Shown here piece by piece: positions 9,944 through 20,000 of a stretch of 20,000 bases of DNA (position 1 is the stretch's first letter; each line of letters opens with the position of its first letter). The notes below the pieces were generated by a model, which was given only the letters and a program-made list of their open reading frames with translations, was not told the DNA's origin and searched no databases. A program made the position numbers and the translations under genes. The stretch is from Thraustochytrium aureum (taxonomy: Eukaryota), in assembly GCA_012862495.1 (NCBI GenBank), contig BLSG01000089.1, positions 118,267 through 138,266 of the forward strand, given 5' to 3'.

Positions 9944-10158
9944 GGCGATGTTCGAGTTGGCGGACTTGGCGATGTTCGGGTTGGCGGACACGGCGATGTT
10001 CGAGTTGGCGGACTTGGCGATGTTCGAGTTGGCGGACTTGGCGATGTTCGAGTTGGCGGTCGTGGCGATGTTCGGGTTGGCGGACACGGCGATGTTCGGG
10101 TTGGCGGTCGTGGCGATGTTCGGTTGGCGGTCGTGGCGATGTTCGAGTTGGCGGAATT
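9944..10158. repeat. 24-bp minisatellite, 9 copies: GGCGATGTTCGRGTTGGCGG + (ACTT/ACAC/TCGT/AATT)
   Basis: Units start at 9944, 9968, 9992, 10016, 10040, 10064, 10088, 10112 (23 bp, 1-nt deletion) and 10135. Confidence 0.95.
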
Positions 10159-10589
10159 GGCGTCGACGAGGACGGCGGCGTGGGCTGGCTGCTGCTGGCT
10201 GGGCGTGCTTGCGTGGATGGTTGCTTGCGTTGGTTGAACGTGCTGATGATTTATGCTTCGTTGATCGTGGCGACGACTTGGTTCATGCGCTGGTTTCCAC
10301 TCGTCCTCGCGCCGACCTGGAGAGGCTCGCAGTGGGTGGACGCGCTGGCGTCGAGCTCGAAATTTCAACCTCCTTGCTTTAGTGTATTGGACGGTGCCCG
10401 ACGCTGCGGTTTTGGTGCTGAGGTTGGTTGCTGAGAGCATGCATGCACATGCTTGATGTGAATTCTTATTCGACAGCAAGAGCGGTTTGGGTTTTACTGG
10501 CGCGCGCGCACGTAGACGCGCTCTATTAGAGCTAGAGTACCGAGCTGCCGGCGAAGCGCGCGCAGCGGTCTTTGGATGAAACACGCGTT

Positions 10590-10955
10590 TCACACGAGCA
10601 TCTGAGGATTGCGAGGGTCGCTGACGAACAGCGGTGTCTTGTCTGTTGTGGGACTCGTCAGCTTGCGGCGCCACAAGTGGACAAGAAAAATGCCGTATCC
10701 CACCACGCCAAAGAGTAGCGACATGAAAAGCCCGAATAGAGCGCCACAAACCGTCAGAACGCGATCGTGTCGGCGAATGCGCTGCTCCTCTGGTGGCAAA
10801 TGGCAGCAGAGGCAGGCCACGGTCAACAAGTACATCGCTAGCCCTGCTACCGTGTTGAAACAAAGCAAAGCCGCAACGAAGCAATACGGCTGCTCCAGAT
10901 CCAGATCTAGTAGCTCCAGGAGCGGGTTCAGGTCCCTGCATACGGTCTCCTCCAT
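10590..10955 (-). CDS. Hypothetical small membrane protein, 121 aa, about 2 hydrophobic segments
   Basis: ATG at 10955 (context ACCATGG). Hydrophobic stretches YCFVAALLCFNTVAGLAMYLLTVACLCC and VLTVCGALFGLFMSLLFGVVGYGIFLVHLW, the latter followed by RRK. No family recognised. Confidence 0.5.
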   Translation of the reverse strand: MEETVCRDLNPLLELLDLDLEQPYCFVAALLCFNTVAGLAMYLLTVACLCCHLPPEEQRIRRHDRVLTVCGALFGLFMSLLFGVVGYGIFLVHLWRRKLTSPTTDKTPLFVSDPRNPQMLV

Positions 10956-11065
10956 GGTCGTCGGCGCCTCGACCGACGACGGGCCTCGTTCGCTACCGCT
11001 CACTGGCGTTTGCGCGGCCAGATGTGCTCAAGCTGGGATCAAGACGGCCAGCTCGCCAGTAAGCC

Positions 11066-11117
11066 AGCTTGCCTGCGTGCCAGCTTGCGTGCCTGCCTGC
11101 CTGCTGCCTGCTTGCCC
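11066..11117. repeat. Degenerate (GCCT)n / (AGGC)n microsatellite
   Basis: Visible run gcttgcctgcgtgccagcttgcgtgcctgcctgcctgctgcctgcttgccc. Confidence 0.6.
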
Positions 11118-12686
11118 AGCGAAAAGGGACTGGCCCCGACCGCGCGCCCTCCACGCCCAGGGAGCCAACCCACGCAAATTTTCCGGGGAGCAAAGCGGTC
11201 GACTTGTGCGCGCCAATCCGCTTGAGCGCGGGTGGTGCCGGCTGCGATTGCCGCACTATTCCCGACAACGTCGCTCAATTACAAGTCAGGGCAAGGGCCC
11301 GCCTGCCAATCTGCTCTGGTCCTCAGAGTCAAACCGACCGAGACTCTGGAGCCTTGGCCGTCCCGCACCAAACTGTTCTTCGTTATTGTACGGAAGCAAC
11401 GTGTAGTCAAGCAAGAAGAATCGTCCAAGTCGGCCAGAAAGACGTCGTTCAAAACGAAATGCATACATTGAACGGTGCCACAAACGGCCTGCTAGTCTCG
11501 CCTTGACGACTCGGCCCGCAAAGTCTCCGCGACCACATCTGGAATTGTAAAGTCCCACAAGGCGAGTGACCAGTATTCCCGCAACCGGGTCGTTTTGGGA
11601 GTCGGGAGTGGTCCAGTGGACCAGCCAGCCAGCCTACTCGGCCTGCATCGTCTGTCACGCAGGCTTGCTCACCCTGGCACGGCGACTCTGCTCTCACAGG
11701 GTTCTCCACGCGCATCTTTTGAAAGCAAGAGGGTAGAACCTTGCGGCGGACCCGTCCCGGATGCCCAGCGAGCAGCTAGATCGCCGTACGGGCAACGGGA
11801 GGCGGCAAGTTGGCCGTCGCTTCGTGCAGCTTCCCGCAGTCCTTGCAGCCATGGGGCCTCCCTCTAGGGAAGCCCACTTCTTCACGCTAGGGCCGTGCGG
11901 GCGTCCATCTGCGGCCGTGCGCTGCGCTATGCCCCAGGACGGCTTGGAGCGCTCTGACCCACCAGAGCGAGTCAGCGGCTCATGGATCGACACCTCCCGA
12001 GACATCGAAATCATCTTGCACGATCAATCCTCTACTTACCCACCGTGGGCGACCGGAAGAGTGCGGCCTGGCAGCAACCAGGTGGGATGGACGATGATGA
12101 GTCCGTTGTATCCGGTTCGGTCGGACGCAACTGATTGACGCGCTCTCCTTCTTGGTCTTGAAAGAAAAGCGAAAGTCTGCCCATCGCACAAGGTCCAGGG
12201 CGCGCAGAAAGGCTCAAGCATGCCGCAGAAGGACACAGCAGGACTGCAGACACTCTGGCCAGCAGTCTCAGGCAGCGGGGAAATGGTCTCGTTCGTGCAG
12301 CATGAACTGCAGGCTCGAGCCCGCCAATTTGCACCAAAAATGCCACGGACGCCGCCCGTCGGTTGATCGCAACAACGTGCCAGAGAGCTGCGAGGGGCGA
12401 CTACAAAAAAGGGCGACCGAGCCTTGCTACAGCGCCGCGTGGCCGAGGAGCTGCCTCGTGACACTACTCACCGCCAACGTCGGCCAAGCAGAGCAGCAAA
12501 GCGCTCGAAGAAGCGACGCGCCTCGGTCCAGCTTGATCAGCCGCGCAGCAAGGCGGGAAGATGCCTCGGCGGTGGCCTGCACCGCCGCTAGCCCCACTTG
12601 TGGAAGGGCTTTGCGTTCGATAAGGGGGAGTGATACAAGCAGCTGAGTTCGTGAAAAATTGTCGTTTCAGGATTGGCTACCAAGAG

Positions 12687-14093
12687 CTAGAAGGACGCTT
12701 GTGTTCCGCAAATGTTGTACTCGTGGAAGAAAGGACGTCCCGGAATCATCCTGACCAGCCCCGCAGCAAGGCCAGCCAGCTCCTCGCCGCGCTCGGAAGG
12801 CAGGCACAGAATATTGAAAGCATGCACATTGCGCGGAAACAGCTCACGAGTCTCACCTCGCCAGTTCGTGCGCTGAAGGTATGGCGAGCAAACCCAGTAC
12901 ACATCATACTTGTGAGCAACGACCAAATCGAAAAGGCGGATCGACCGGTCTAGCTCGCTGTTCTCGAGAAACAGGATCGGTCGACAAAGCGAGATCACCC
13001 GCGCAGCACCAAGCACCACCTCGCTTTCCATTTTCTCGACGTCAGCCTTGATAAAGGCTGGGCAGTCTGATTCTTTGACGAAAAAGGCGTCGAGTGTCGT
13101 CGTTTGCACTTGATACGGGGGCAGCACAACCTGTCCTTCGGTAGGCTTTGGAAGATTCAGAAGTGACACGGCCCCAAAATTGCCGCCCGCGGCATAGCTG
13201 ATGCGGGGCATTTCGAACGAGCCCGAAACGTTGGAGACAGCCACCGGGTAGGAAAACACGTTCTGCAGCTCGTTGAGCGCGACGTTGGCAGATAGCGTTT
13301 GGAACAAAAACATTTGTGGCTCGAACGCGTAAACGATCCCTTCTGGGCCAACCGCACGCGCGAGCGGTACCGCAAAGGCCCCGATATTACCTCCAACGTC
13401 CACGACGATATCGCCGGGTTTCACTGCGCGAAGAAATAGCTCAAGCTCGTCCTCGCACCACTGACCATAATACAGGAGCGAGCGCGAGACGAACGTGTCT
13501 TGCGTGTTGACCAGGAACTTGCCATGTTTGGCCTCGACGAGAATAAGGTTATCCCCTGAGAACGCCAAGACGTCGCGCTTCCTCAACCCATGGTCTACCG
13601 ATCTGCGCGGCGCGATCTTGTGCCATGTGCTCCCGCCTAGCCACGAAATCTTGGAGCACGTCGGATCCAGTACGCCTCGCGCGACTTTGTCGCCTCCAAG
13701 CTTCGCCGCTTCCAGGAAAGCCATGTCGAAAACATCGGCCTCAACGCTCCCGTCCCCTCCACGAGTAACTCTCACCACGCCGCCAAGCCCGTTCCCCGAC
13801 CGCGTCGCCTGAAGTTTGACCAAGCCATTTGCCGGACACACCCTTCCCGTCCCCCTGTCCTCGCAATTCACTCTGAACACTAGCACAAGCTCAACGGGAT
13901 TCTGCACGTCACGATCAACCTCCACAAGCACGCCCGCTCCGTCTTCTTGCATGCTCCACCGTCCATCGACATCGAGCGCGGCGAGGTCTGGGTCTGCCAC
14001 AGCCTCGATGTCGGGAACAACCTGGGCCAGCAACAGCGCCCATACCCATGCCACCGTCAGCACCGTCCTTGTCCTCATTCCTCCCAGGCTCAT
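12687..14093 (-). CDS. FkbM-family SAM-dependent methyltransferase with N-terminal signal peptide and uncharacterised N-terminal region
   Basis: First ATG at 14093 (alternative 14078). Signal-like VLTVAWVWALLLAQVV. FkbM motifs: DTFVSRSLLYYGQW, VVDVGGNIGAFAVPLARAVGPEGIVYAFEPQ, LSANVALNEL, GGNFGAVSL, TTLDAF, FIKADVEKMESEVVLGA, RPILFLEN. Confidence 0.88.
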   Translation of the reverse strand: MSLGGMRTRTVLTVAWVWALLLAQVVPDIEAVADPDLAALDVDGRWSMQEDGAGVLVEVDRDVQNPVELVLVFRVNCEDRGTGRVCPANGLVKLQATRSGNGLGGVVRVTRGGDGSVEADVFDMAFLEAAKLGGDKVARGVLDPTCSKISWLGGSTWHKIAPRRSVDHGLRKRDVLAFSGDNLILVEAKHGKFLVNTQDTFVSRSLLYYGQWCEDELELFLRAVKPGDIVVDVGGNIGAFAVPLARAVGPEGIVYAFEPQMFLFQTLSANVALNELQNVFSYPVAVSNVSGSFEMPRISYAAGGNFGAVSLLNLPKPTEGQVVLPPYQVQTTTLDAFFVKESDCPAFIKADVEKMESEVVLGAARVISLCRPILFLENSELDRSIRLFDLVVAHKYDVYWVCSPYLQRTNWRGETRELFPRNVHAFNILCLPSERGEELAGLAAGLVRMIPGRPFFHEYNICGTQASF

Positions 14094-14710
14094 CCCCGCC
14101 ACGAGTCGGGCCGAGCAGGCAAGTGCCGAGCACAGCAAACCGCTCGATCAACCTTCTGACCAGCCGCTCAGTCGGTCAATTGGTTGTTGAATCGATGCGA
14201 TGCAGATCTATCCTCCCCAGCCCATCCGAATGTAGCACGTCGAGCACTGTNNNNNNNNNNNNNNNNNNNNNNNNNNNNNNNNNNNNNNNNNNNNNNNNNN
14301 NNNNNNNNNNNNNNNNNNNNNNNNNNNNNNNNNNNNNNNNNNNNNNNNNNNNNNNNNNNNNNNNNNNNNNNNNNNNNNNNNNNNNNNNNNNNNNNNNNNN
14401 NNNNNNNNNNNNNNNNNNNNNNNNNNNNNNNNNNNNNNNNNNNNNNNNNNNNNNNNNNNNNNNNNNNNNNNNNNNNNNNNNNNNNNNNNNNNNNNNNNNN
14501 NNNNNNNNNNNNNNCACTGTACTAGGCCAACACCGTCGCGATCAAGTCCTGCAACCAACGCGATGGCTAGCGATGATGAGAAGGCCCGCTGCCAGTGCCT
14601 GCCCGCCGCCACGGCACGCTCAGCGCCAAACGAGTTGCCTCCCAGGCCGCCGGAGCCTGCAGACCGCAAAGCCGCGCCAGTCAGCAGAGCCCGGCACCGT
14701 TTCGCGTTAC

Positions 14711-14822
14711 GTTGGCGTTGCCTTGGCGTTGGCGTTGCCTTGGCGTTGCCTTGGCGTTGCCTTGGCCTTGGCGTTGCCTTGGCGTTGGCGTTGCCTTGGC
14801 GTTGGCGTTGCCTTGGCGTTGG
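14711..14822. repeat. Low-complexity tandem array of TTGGCG / TTGCC units (mixed 11- and 17-bp periods)
   Basis: Repeated ttggcgttgccttggcg visible from 14711 to 14822. Confidence 0.9.
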
Positions 14823-15265
14823 TCACGGTGCTGCTCTTGATCAAGTTGTTGGTGTTGGTGTCGGGGTCTGAATGATTCTGCCGCGCGCAGCCATCGGAAA
14901 GATACAACTCGTCAAAGTTGAAGTCAACTCTTTCTTGATCTTTCGCACCAATCAAGAAATCAAGAAATCTTGAAGAGAATCTCTTTTTTGTTCTTGATCT
15001 CTCTTGAACTTTGATCTTGACCTCGAAGGCATCGAAGCGCACGGCGGACACAGAGAACGAAGCCTTCTTCGTTCGTTTGGCGCGAGCTGCGGCGGCAGAG
15101 GCGGCGGCAGAGCAGCAGCAGACGCGCAACGCGACGCGCGCTGAGCGGCGCCGTGCGCGAGGGGCCGCGCGGCGCGATCGCCATCAGTGCCGCGCTCGGG
15201 CTGCGTCGCTGTTCGGCCGCTGCTTTCGTGGCGTTTGGGGTGGGTTTTGGCTGCGCGCTGGCGCG

Positions 15266-15310
15266 ATGGACTTCGAGGCGCTCCTGGCGGAGCATGGCGG
15301 CGGGTACGAA

Positions 15311-15345
<35 letters not shown>

Positions 15346-17149
15346 CGATACGCTCGACAGACTGGACGCGCCGCTGAGCGCGCCGAGGGACGCCGGGGGA
15401 TACGCCGCCGGAGGGTTTCATGGCGGACGGGACGCTGGCGACGAGCGGAGGCGCGGGAGGGCTCGCCGCAGTCGCAAGCCGCGAAGGGACGCCGGCGGAC
15501 GAGGCGGCCAGTACGAGGGCGAGGGCCCTGGGTTTGGGAGCGGGCGCGTCGAGGAGACCGAGCCCGGCACGCTCAAGTACGTCGCGATCTGGGGCGACTA
15601 CCCCAAGTGGGACGAGGAAAAGTGGAAGAGCGAAGAGGCCGGCAACGTTTTGGTGCAGTTCGAGGCCATGGGCGCGGACAATATTGTGGTCGCGCTCGCA
15701 CCGCAGCCCAAGCTAATCACGCCCATGTACGAGATTGTCATCGGCGGGTGGAAGGACACCAAGTCGGTGATCCGACGCGAAGCGCAAGGCATGGAGCGCG
15801 CGCTGTCCACGCAGCCGCGGCTCTGCTCCGGCAACGAGTTTCGGTCGTATTGGGCCCTGCTGAAGAACGGCGTCGTGCGCGTGGGCGTGGGCGAGCAGGC
15901 CGGCAAGAACATGATCCTCGCGTGGCGCGACCCAGAGCCCGTCCCGGCCCAGTACATCTCGTTCACGACCTGGGACAGATCGACCGTGTTTCGCAACGTG
16001 CGGGTCTCTAGCGTGGGCGAGGACATGGAGATGGACGAGTTTGAGCGGTCCACCTACGTGCCCGATTACCTGGCCAAGCTCGAGGAGGAGCGCGCCCACC
16101 TCAAGGAGCGCGCCGAGCGGTTCGGCACCAGCTTCGTGGAGCCCGACCCCAAGGACCTCGCTGACCGCGTGCTCTCAGACGCCGAGCGCGCCCAGCTCAA
16201 GCAGCAGCGCCGCGACCCTGCCGGCGCGGGCCTCGCAACAGGCTTCGTAACAGGCTTTGACCCCACCACCGAGGAAGAGCGCAAAAAAGCGGAAGACCGC
16301 GCAAAGCGCTTCGGCACCGCGCCGGCCGAGCCTGGTGCCGCGGCCGAGGGCATGGACGAGGACGTGGAGGCCATGATGTCTCGGGAGCGGCGCGAGGCCC
16401 GCGCCTCGCGATTCCAGATCCCCTTGCTCGAGGACAAGCGCATCGGCGACGGCCTGATCCGGGACCTGACGGGCCTGCACGTGCAGCGGCGTGACCCGGA
16501 CGACGCCGACCTCCAACGGCTGGAAGCCATCTCGATCTACGGCTCGTTCGACCAAGTGTACACCCAAGACATCATGGAGTGGTACGCCGAGTACGGGCCC
16601 TCCCACATCGAGTGGCTGCACGACTGCGCCTGCAATGTCGTGTTTGCAGACCCTATCTCCGCGAAGCGAGCCATGCTCGGCTTGACGCGCGAAATACCGC
16701 TCATTGAGGGGTTTGAGGAAATCATCCAAGACCTTCGCAACAAGGGCTACACCTGCGGGACGTTTCCGTTGCGCGAGGGCGGCGCCCACCAGTACCGGTT
16801 TTTCCTGGTCCGCGTCGGTGCTGTAACGGACGTCAAGGTGGACGACCCTGAGTGCAACACCCGAAAGGGATACGACCCGTCTCGTGTGGCAGGTGGCCGC
16901 CGCAAGTTTCGCGCCAAGCGCGTCGTCGACCGCATCCGCCGTGTTGCAGAGCGAAACGCCAACGGAGGCGACGACGGTGAAAACATCACTGGCAAACGCC
17001 GCCAGCGCGACGACGACGAAGACGGCGACGATGCAATGGGGACAAGTGGCGCCGCTGGGGCAGGCGCAGCAGCGAGCGCGGACGAAGAGCACACTTCGAA
17101 GCGGACGCGTCGGATGGAGGAGGACGAAGAGGGCCATGAGGATGAGTAG
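15266..17149 (+). CDS. NCBP3: Nuclear cap-binding protein subunit 3 (NCBP3)-like protein with an N-terminal farnesoic acid O-methyltransferase-like (Methyltransf_FA) domain, ~627 aa
   Basis: ATG at 15266, then a Gly/Arg-rich N-terminus. About 15640-16007: MYEIVIGGWKDTKSVIRR...LCSGNEFRSYW...GVVRVG...LAWRDPEP..QYISFTTW (FAMeT-like). From 16241: GFVTGFDPTTEEERKKAEDRAKRFG. About 16517-16837: RLEAISIYG..DQVYTQDIMEWYAEYGPSHIEWLHDCACNVVF (NCBP3 RRM-like). Confidence 0.85.
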
Positions 17150-17560
17150 AGGCTTGCGCCTTAGCGCCCTTGCACCCTTGCGCCTTTGCACCCCTGCGGG
17201 CCGTCGCCCCGGCTTGTGATTTTCGCAAACAGAACCAACCAGCTTTCAGTTAACGCTAACTCCAACTCAACAAGGTGGGCGGGGCCCGGGCTCGGCTGGG
17301 CAGCGCCCCAGCCCGCAGCTGAGCTCGAGGAAACCACCTTGGGAAGTTCTCCGAGTGTGTTGCGGGCGTGGCCCTCGGTGTGGGCATCTACTTCGTCAGG
17401 GGTCAAGCAAGTGTTCAAAATTGCTCGAGGCTTGCTTCTCCCCCCAAGCTCCACGCAAAACCTGGAATCCACTCGTGGGCTGGAGCGCTTGGCGATTCGG
17501 CGAACCTACAGACGATTCAATTTGTTGTTTTCTTGATTGACAAAGAGCAAAATTACTTCG

Positions 17561-18469
17561 TTACCTTTTCCTCCGCGTCCGCTTCGAGTCGCGCGACGGA
17601 GTGCTATCACTTCCAGACGCAGCGCCCGAGGGCTTGCGCTTCGCAATACGTCCACCAGATGCCGGGGCGGCTCCAACGGCCTCCTCGTCCACCAAACCAT
17701 CGTGCGGGGCCCGCTTGGCCGCCTCCTTGCGGTCGTGCTCATTCAGGTTGACAATTCGCTTGAGGCGCTTGACCATGTGCGTTATCGGTGAGTCCTCCGC
17801 AGCGCTCGCTCGTTTGCGAGTCTCTGCTTTAACTCCACCGGGGGGCGCCACGGCTGGAGCGCTGCCGCGCTGGCGTTTGCGCCCTTGCGCGGCCCCGCGG
17901 CTAGCGGAGGAGGAGGAGGAGGAGGAGGAGGAGGTCGATGACGACGACGACGACGTCGACGACGAGCGCATGACGGCAGAAGCGGCTTCGGCCGCCGCTG
18001 CCGCCGCCGCCGCAGCAGCAGCAGCCTGGCGCTCCGCCGCGCTCGGCTCGCGCATCTTTCCAGTGAGCTCCTCCACCGCCGCCAGCGTGTCCATCCCGGC
18101 GCGGCGGAGCCGTTGCAGTTCCTCAAACACGACCAGCGCTCGAGCAGCGTCCTCGCGGCTCACCCCGCGCGAGGCCGCCAGCGCATTCACCTTGTCAGCA
18201 TCCGGCAGCGCCCTGCTGCCACAAATGCGCTCGAGCACAACCTGCACGGCCTCGCCATTGCTGCGCCTTCGGCCTCCAGCGCGGCCACCTGCTCCTCACC
18301 GTGGCTTGAAACATCACCTGGGCCGCATCGAGCCTCACGGCCTCCATCGTACGCAGCATGCCCTTCATCTCCGCACCGGCTTCACGGCCGCCCGCAACGC
18401 TACCGGTATTGCCAGCGTACACTCCTCGTGGTCCTCCTCCCTCGTCCGTAATCCCCCAGAATTCGCGCG
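17561..18469 (-). CDS. Hypothetical protein, probably nuclear and probably spliced; 5' end may extend into the gap
   Basis: Main exon 18241-17561 (VVLERICGSRALPDADKVNALAASRGVSREDAARALVVFEELQRLRR..., poly-Ala/poly-Ser, basic C-terminus KRTRRKR). It has an in-frame TGA upstream and no ATG before the helical segment. It can join in phase 0 to the upstream frame (..MKGMLRTMEAVRLDAAQ) via a GT donor at 18317 or 18299 and a CAG acceptor at 18242. Confidence 0.55.
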
Positions 18470-19372
18470 NNNNNNNNNNNNNNNNNNNNNNNNNNNNNNN
18501 NNNNNNNNNNNNNNNNNNNNNNNNNNNNNNNNNNNNNNNNNNNNNNNNNNNNNNNNNNNNNNNNNNNNNNNNNNNNNNNNNNNNNNNNNNNNNNNNNNNN
18601 NNNNNNNNNNNNNNNNNNNNNNNNNNNNNNNNNNNNNNNNNNNNNNNNNNNNNNNNNNNNNNNNNNNNNNNNNNNNNNNNNNNNNNNNNNNNNNNNNNNN
18701 NNNNNNNNNNNNNNNNNNNNNNNNNNNNNNNNNNNNNNNNNNNNNNNNNNNNNNNNNNNNNNNNNNNNNNNNNNNNNNNNNNNNNNNNNNNNNNNNNNNN
18801 NNNNNNNNNNNNNNNNNNNNNNNNNNNNNNNNNNNNNNNNNNNNNNNNNNNNNNNNNNNNNNNNNNNNNNNNNNNNNNNNNNNNNNNNNNNNNNNNNNNN
18901 NNNNNNNNNNNNNNNNNNNNNNNNNNNNNNNNNNNNNNNNNNNNNNNNNNNNNNNNNNNNNNNNNNNNNNNNNNNNNNNNNNNNNNNNNNNNNNNNNNNN
19001 NNNNNNNNNNNNNNNNNNNNNNNNNNNNNNNNNNNNNNNNNNNNNNNNNNNNNNNNNNNNNNNNNNNNNNNNNNNNNNNNNNNNNNNNNNNNNNNNNNNN
19101 NNNNNNNNNNNNNNNNNNNNNNNNNNNNNNNNNNNNNNNNNNNNNNNNNNNNNNNNNNNNNNNNNNNNNNNNNNNNNNNNNNNNNNNNNNNNNNNNNNNN
19201 NNNNNNNNNNNNNNNNNNNNNNNNNNNNNNNNNNNNNNNNNNNNNNNNNNNNNNNNNNNNNNNNNNNNNNNNNNNNNNNNNNNNNNNNNNNNNNNNNNNN
19301 NNNNNNNNNNNNNNNNNNNNNNNNNNNNNNNNNNNNNNNNNNNNNNNNNNNNNNNNNNNNNNNNNNNNNNNN

Positions 19373-19661
19373 ACGGCCAAGGTCGTCAAGTCGAGCTGCC
19401 TTCGGACATTTTACCCCACTTGCGCGGAATGCGACGAGTCGATCCATCGGAGGATTCGCATTTACGAGGAGGCGCTCGAGGCGTTTCAGGCCGGCAAGCT
19501 GCTGGCGGCTGTTGACCAGCTCGAGCTGTTGTCGCCGCCGATCGACGTGGCCGAGTCGTATCTTTTGCAGCGTCCGCGACACGCTTGGCGGGACTGGCGG
19601 CTTCGACGTACAAGACGAGGGCTGGACTGGGGTGAACGAGCTCACCGCCAAGTCGTTCTAA
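19373..19661 (+). CDS. C-terminal fragment resembling a class III adenylate/guanylate cyclase tail, with an apparent frameshift near 19571
   Basis: The frame from 19373 reads ...IYEEALEAFQAGKLLAAVDQLELLSPPIDVAESYLLQR. A shifted frame from 19572 reads VRDTLGGTGGFDVQDEGWTGVNELTAKSF*. Together they match the recalled cyclase tail pattern YxxAxxxYxxGxWxxA...PxDxxSxxLLxR...WxGVxxLTxK*. Confidence 0.55.
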
Positions 19662-20000
19662 GGCGGTTATAAAGCGCTGATGTCTTGCCTTCAAAGACGA
19701 TCTGACGCGGGCGGTGCCTCTATTCACCCACCGCTGTGCCAGTCGAGTGTTGTTCCAAGTGCCCAGCGCCGAGCGGGCAGGATTATTTGTCCACGGCGCC
19801 GCCAAAGCGAAAGCAAACGACGACCGTCTCGAGCGAGAAGCTTCATGCTCGAGTACAGAACCTTACCGAGCTCGGTATGTACCGGCACTCTTCTGAGTAC
19901 GGTATGCCCAAGCTAGCCGCCTGGTGGCTACTGTTGTGGCGGATACAACGCAGTGCACCAATGTCGCCTGTTGTGAGCCAGTCCCCAGCCGCGACCTAGC

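Noticed and set aside
9944..10158. CRISPR-like repeat/spacer array
   Set aside because: The variable part is only 4 nt and recurs; this is a minisatellite.
11230..12650. Genes or transposon remnants among many short ORFs
   Set aside because: No recognisable motifs, terminal repeats or dominant coding frame.
424..14093. Lipid/glycolipid biosynthetic gene cluster (WS/DGAT + lpxC + FkbM)
   Set aside because: The genes are interspersed with unrelated housekeeping genes, are predicted in different compartments, and no other lpx genes are in the window.
14707..15129. 140-aa minus-strand ORF
   Set aside because: No ATG start, largely made of simple repeats, and lies in the upstream region of NCBP3.
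16175..17191. Long antisense/overlapping ORFs within genes (also over WS/DGAT and CDC27)
   Set aside because: Expected shadow ORFs in GC-rich coding DNA.

Overview
GC-rich, gene-dense, intron-poor eukaryotic scaffold with five N gaps (4053-4199, 6684-7641, 8471-9421, 14251-14514, 18470-19372). It is probably from a heterotrophic protist, possibly a stramenopile such as a thraustochytrid; this is inference only. Recognisable genes: a WS/DGAT acyltransferase, CDC27/APC3 (split by a gap), a gapped LpxC with a probable mitochondrial presequence, a signal-peptide FkbM-family methyltransferase, an NCBP3 fused to an N-terminal farnesoic-acid-O-methyltransferase-like domain, two hypothetical proteins, and a frameshifted C-terminal fragment resembling an adenylate/guanylate cyclase. 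A two-exon 48-aa microprotein missing from the ORF track (6170-5921, minus) resembles the mitochondrial TOM subunit Tom5 (plant Tom6) and has a GTTAGGG/GATTCCG-rich upstream region. Several tandem repeats (40 bp x3, 99 bp x2, 24 bp x9, microsatellites) are intergenic. No CRISPR array, rRNA, tRNA or recognisable transposase was seen. All family calls come from motif recognition, not database searches.
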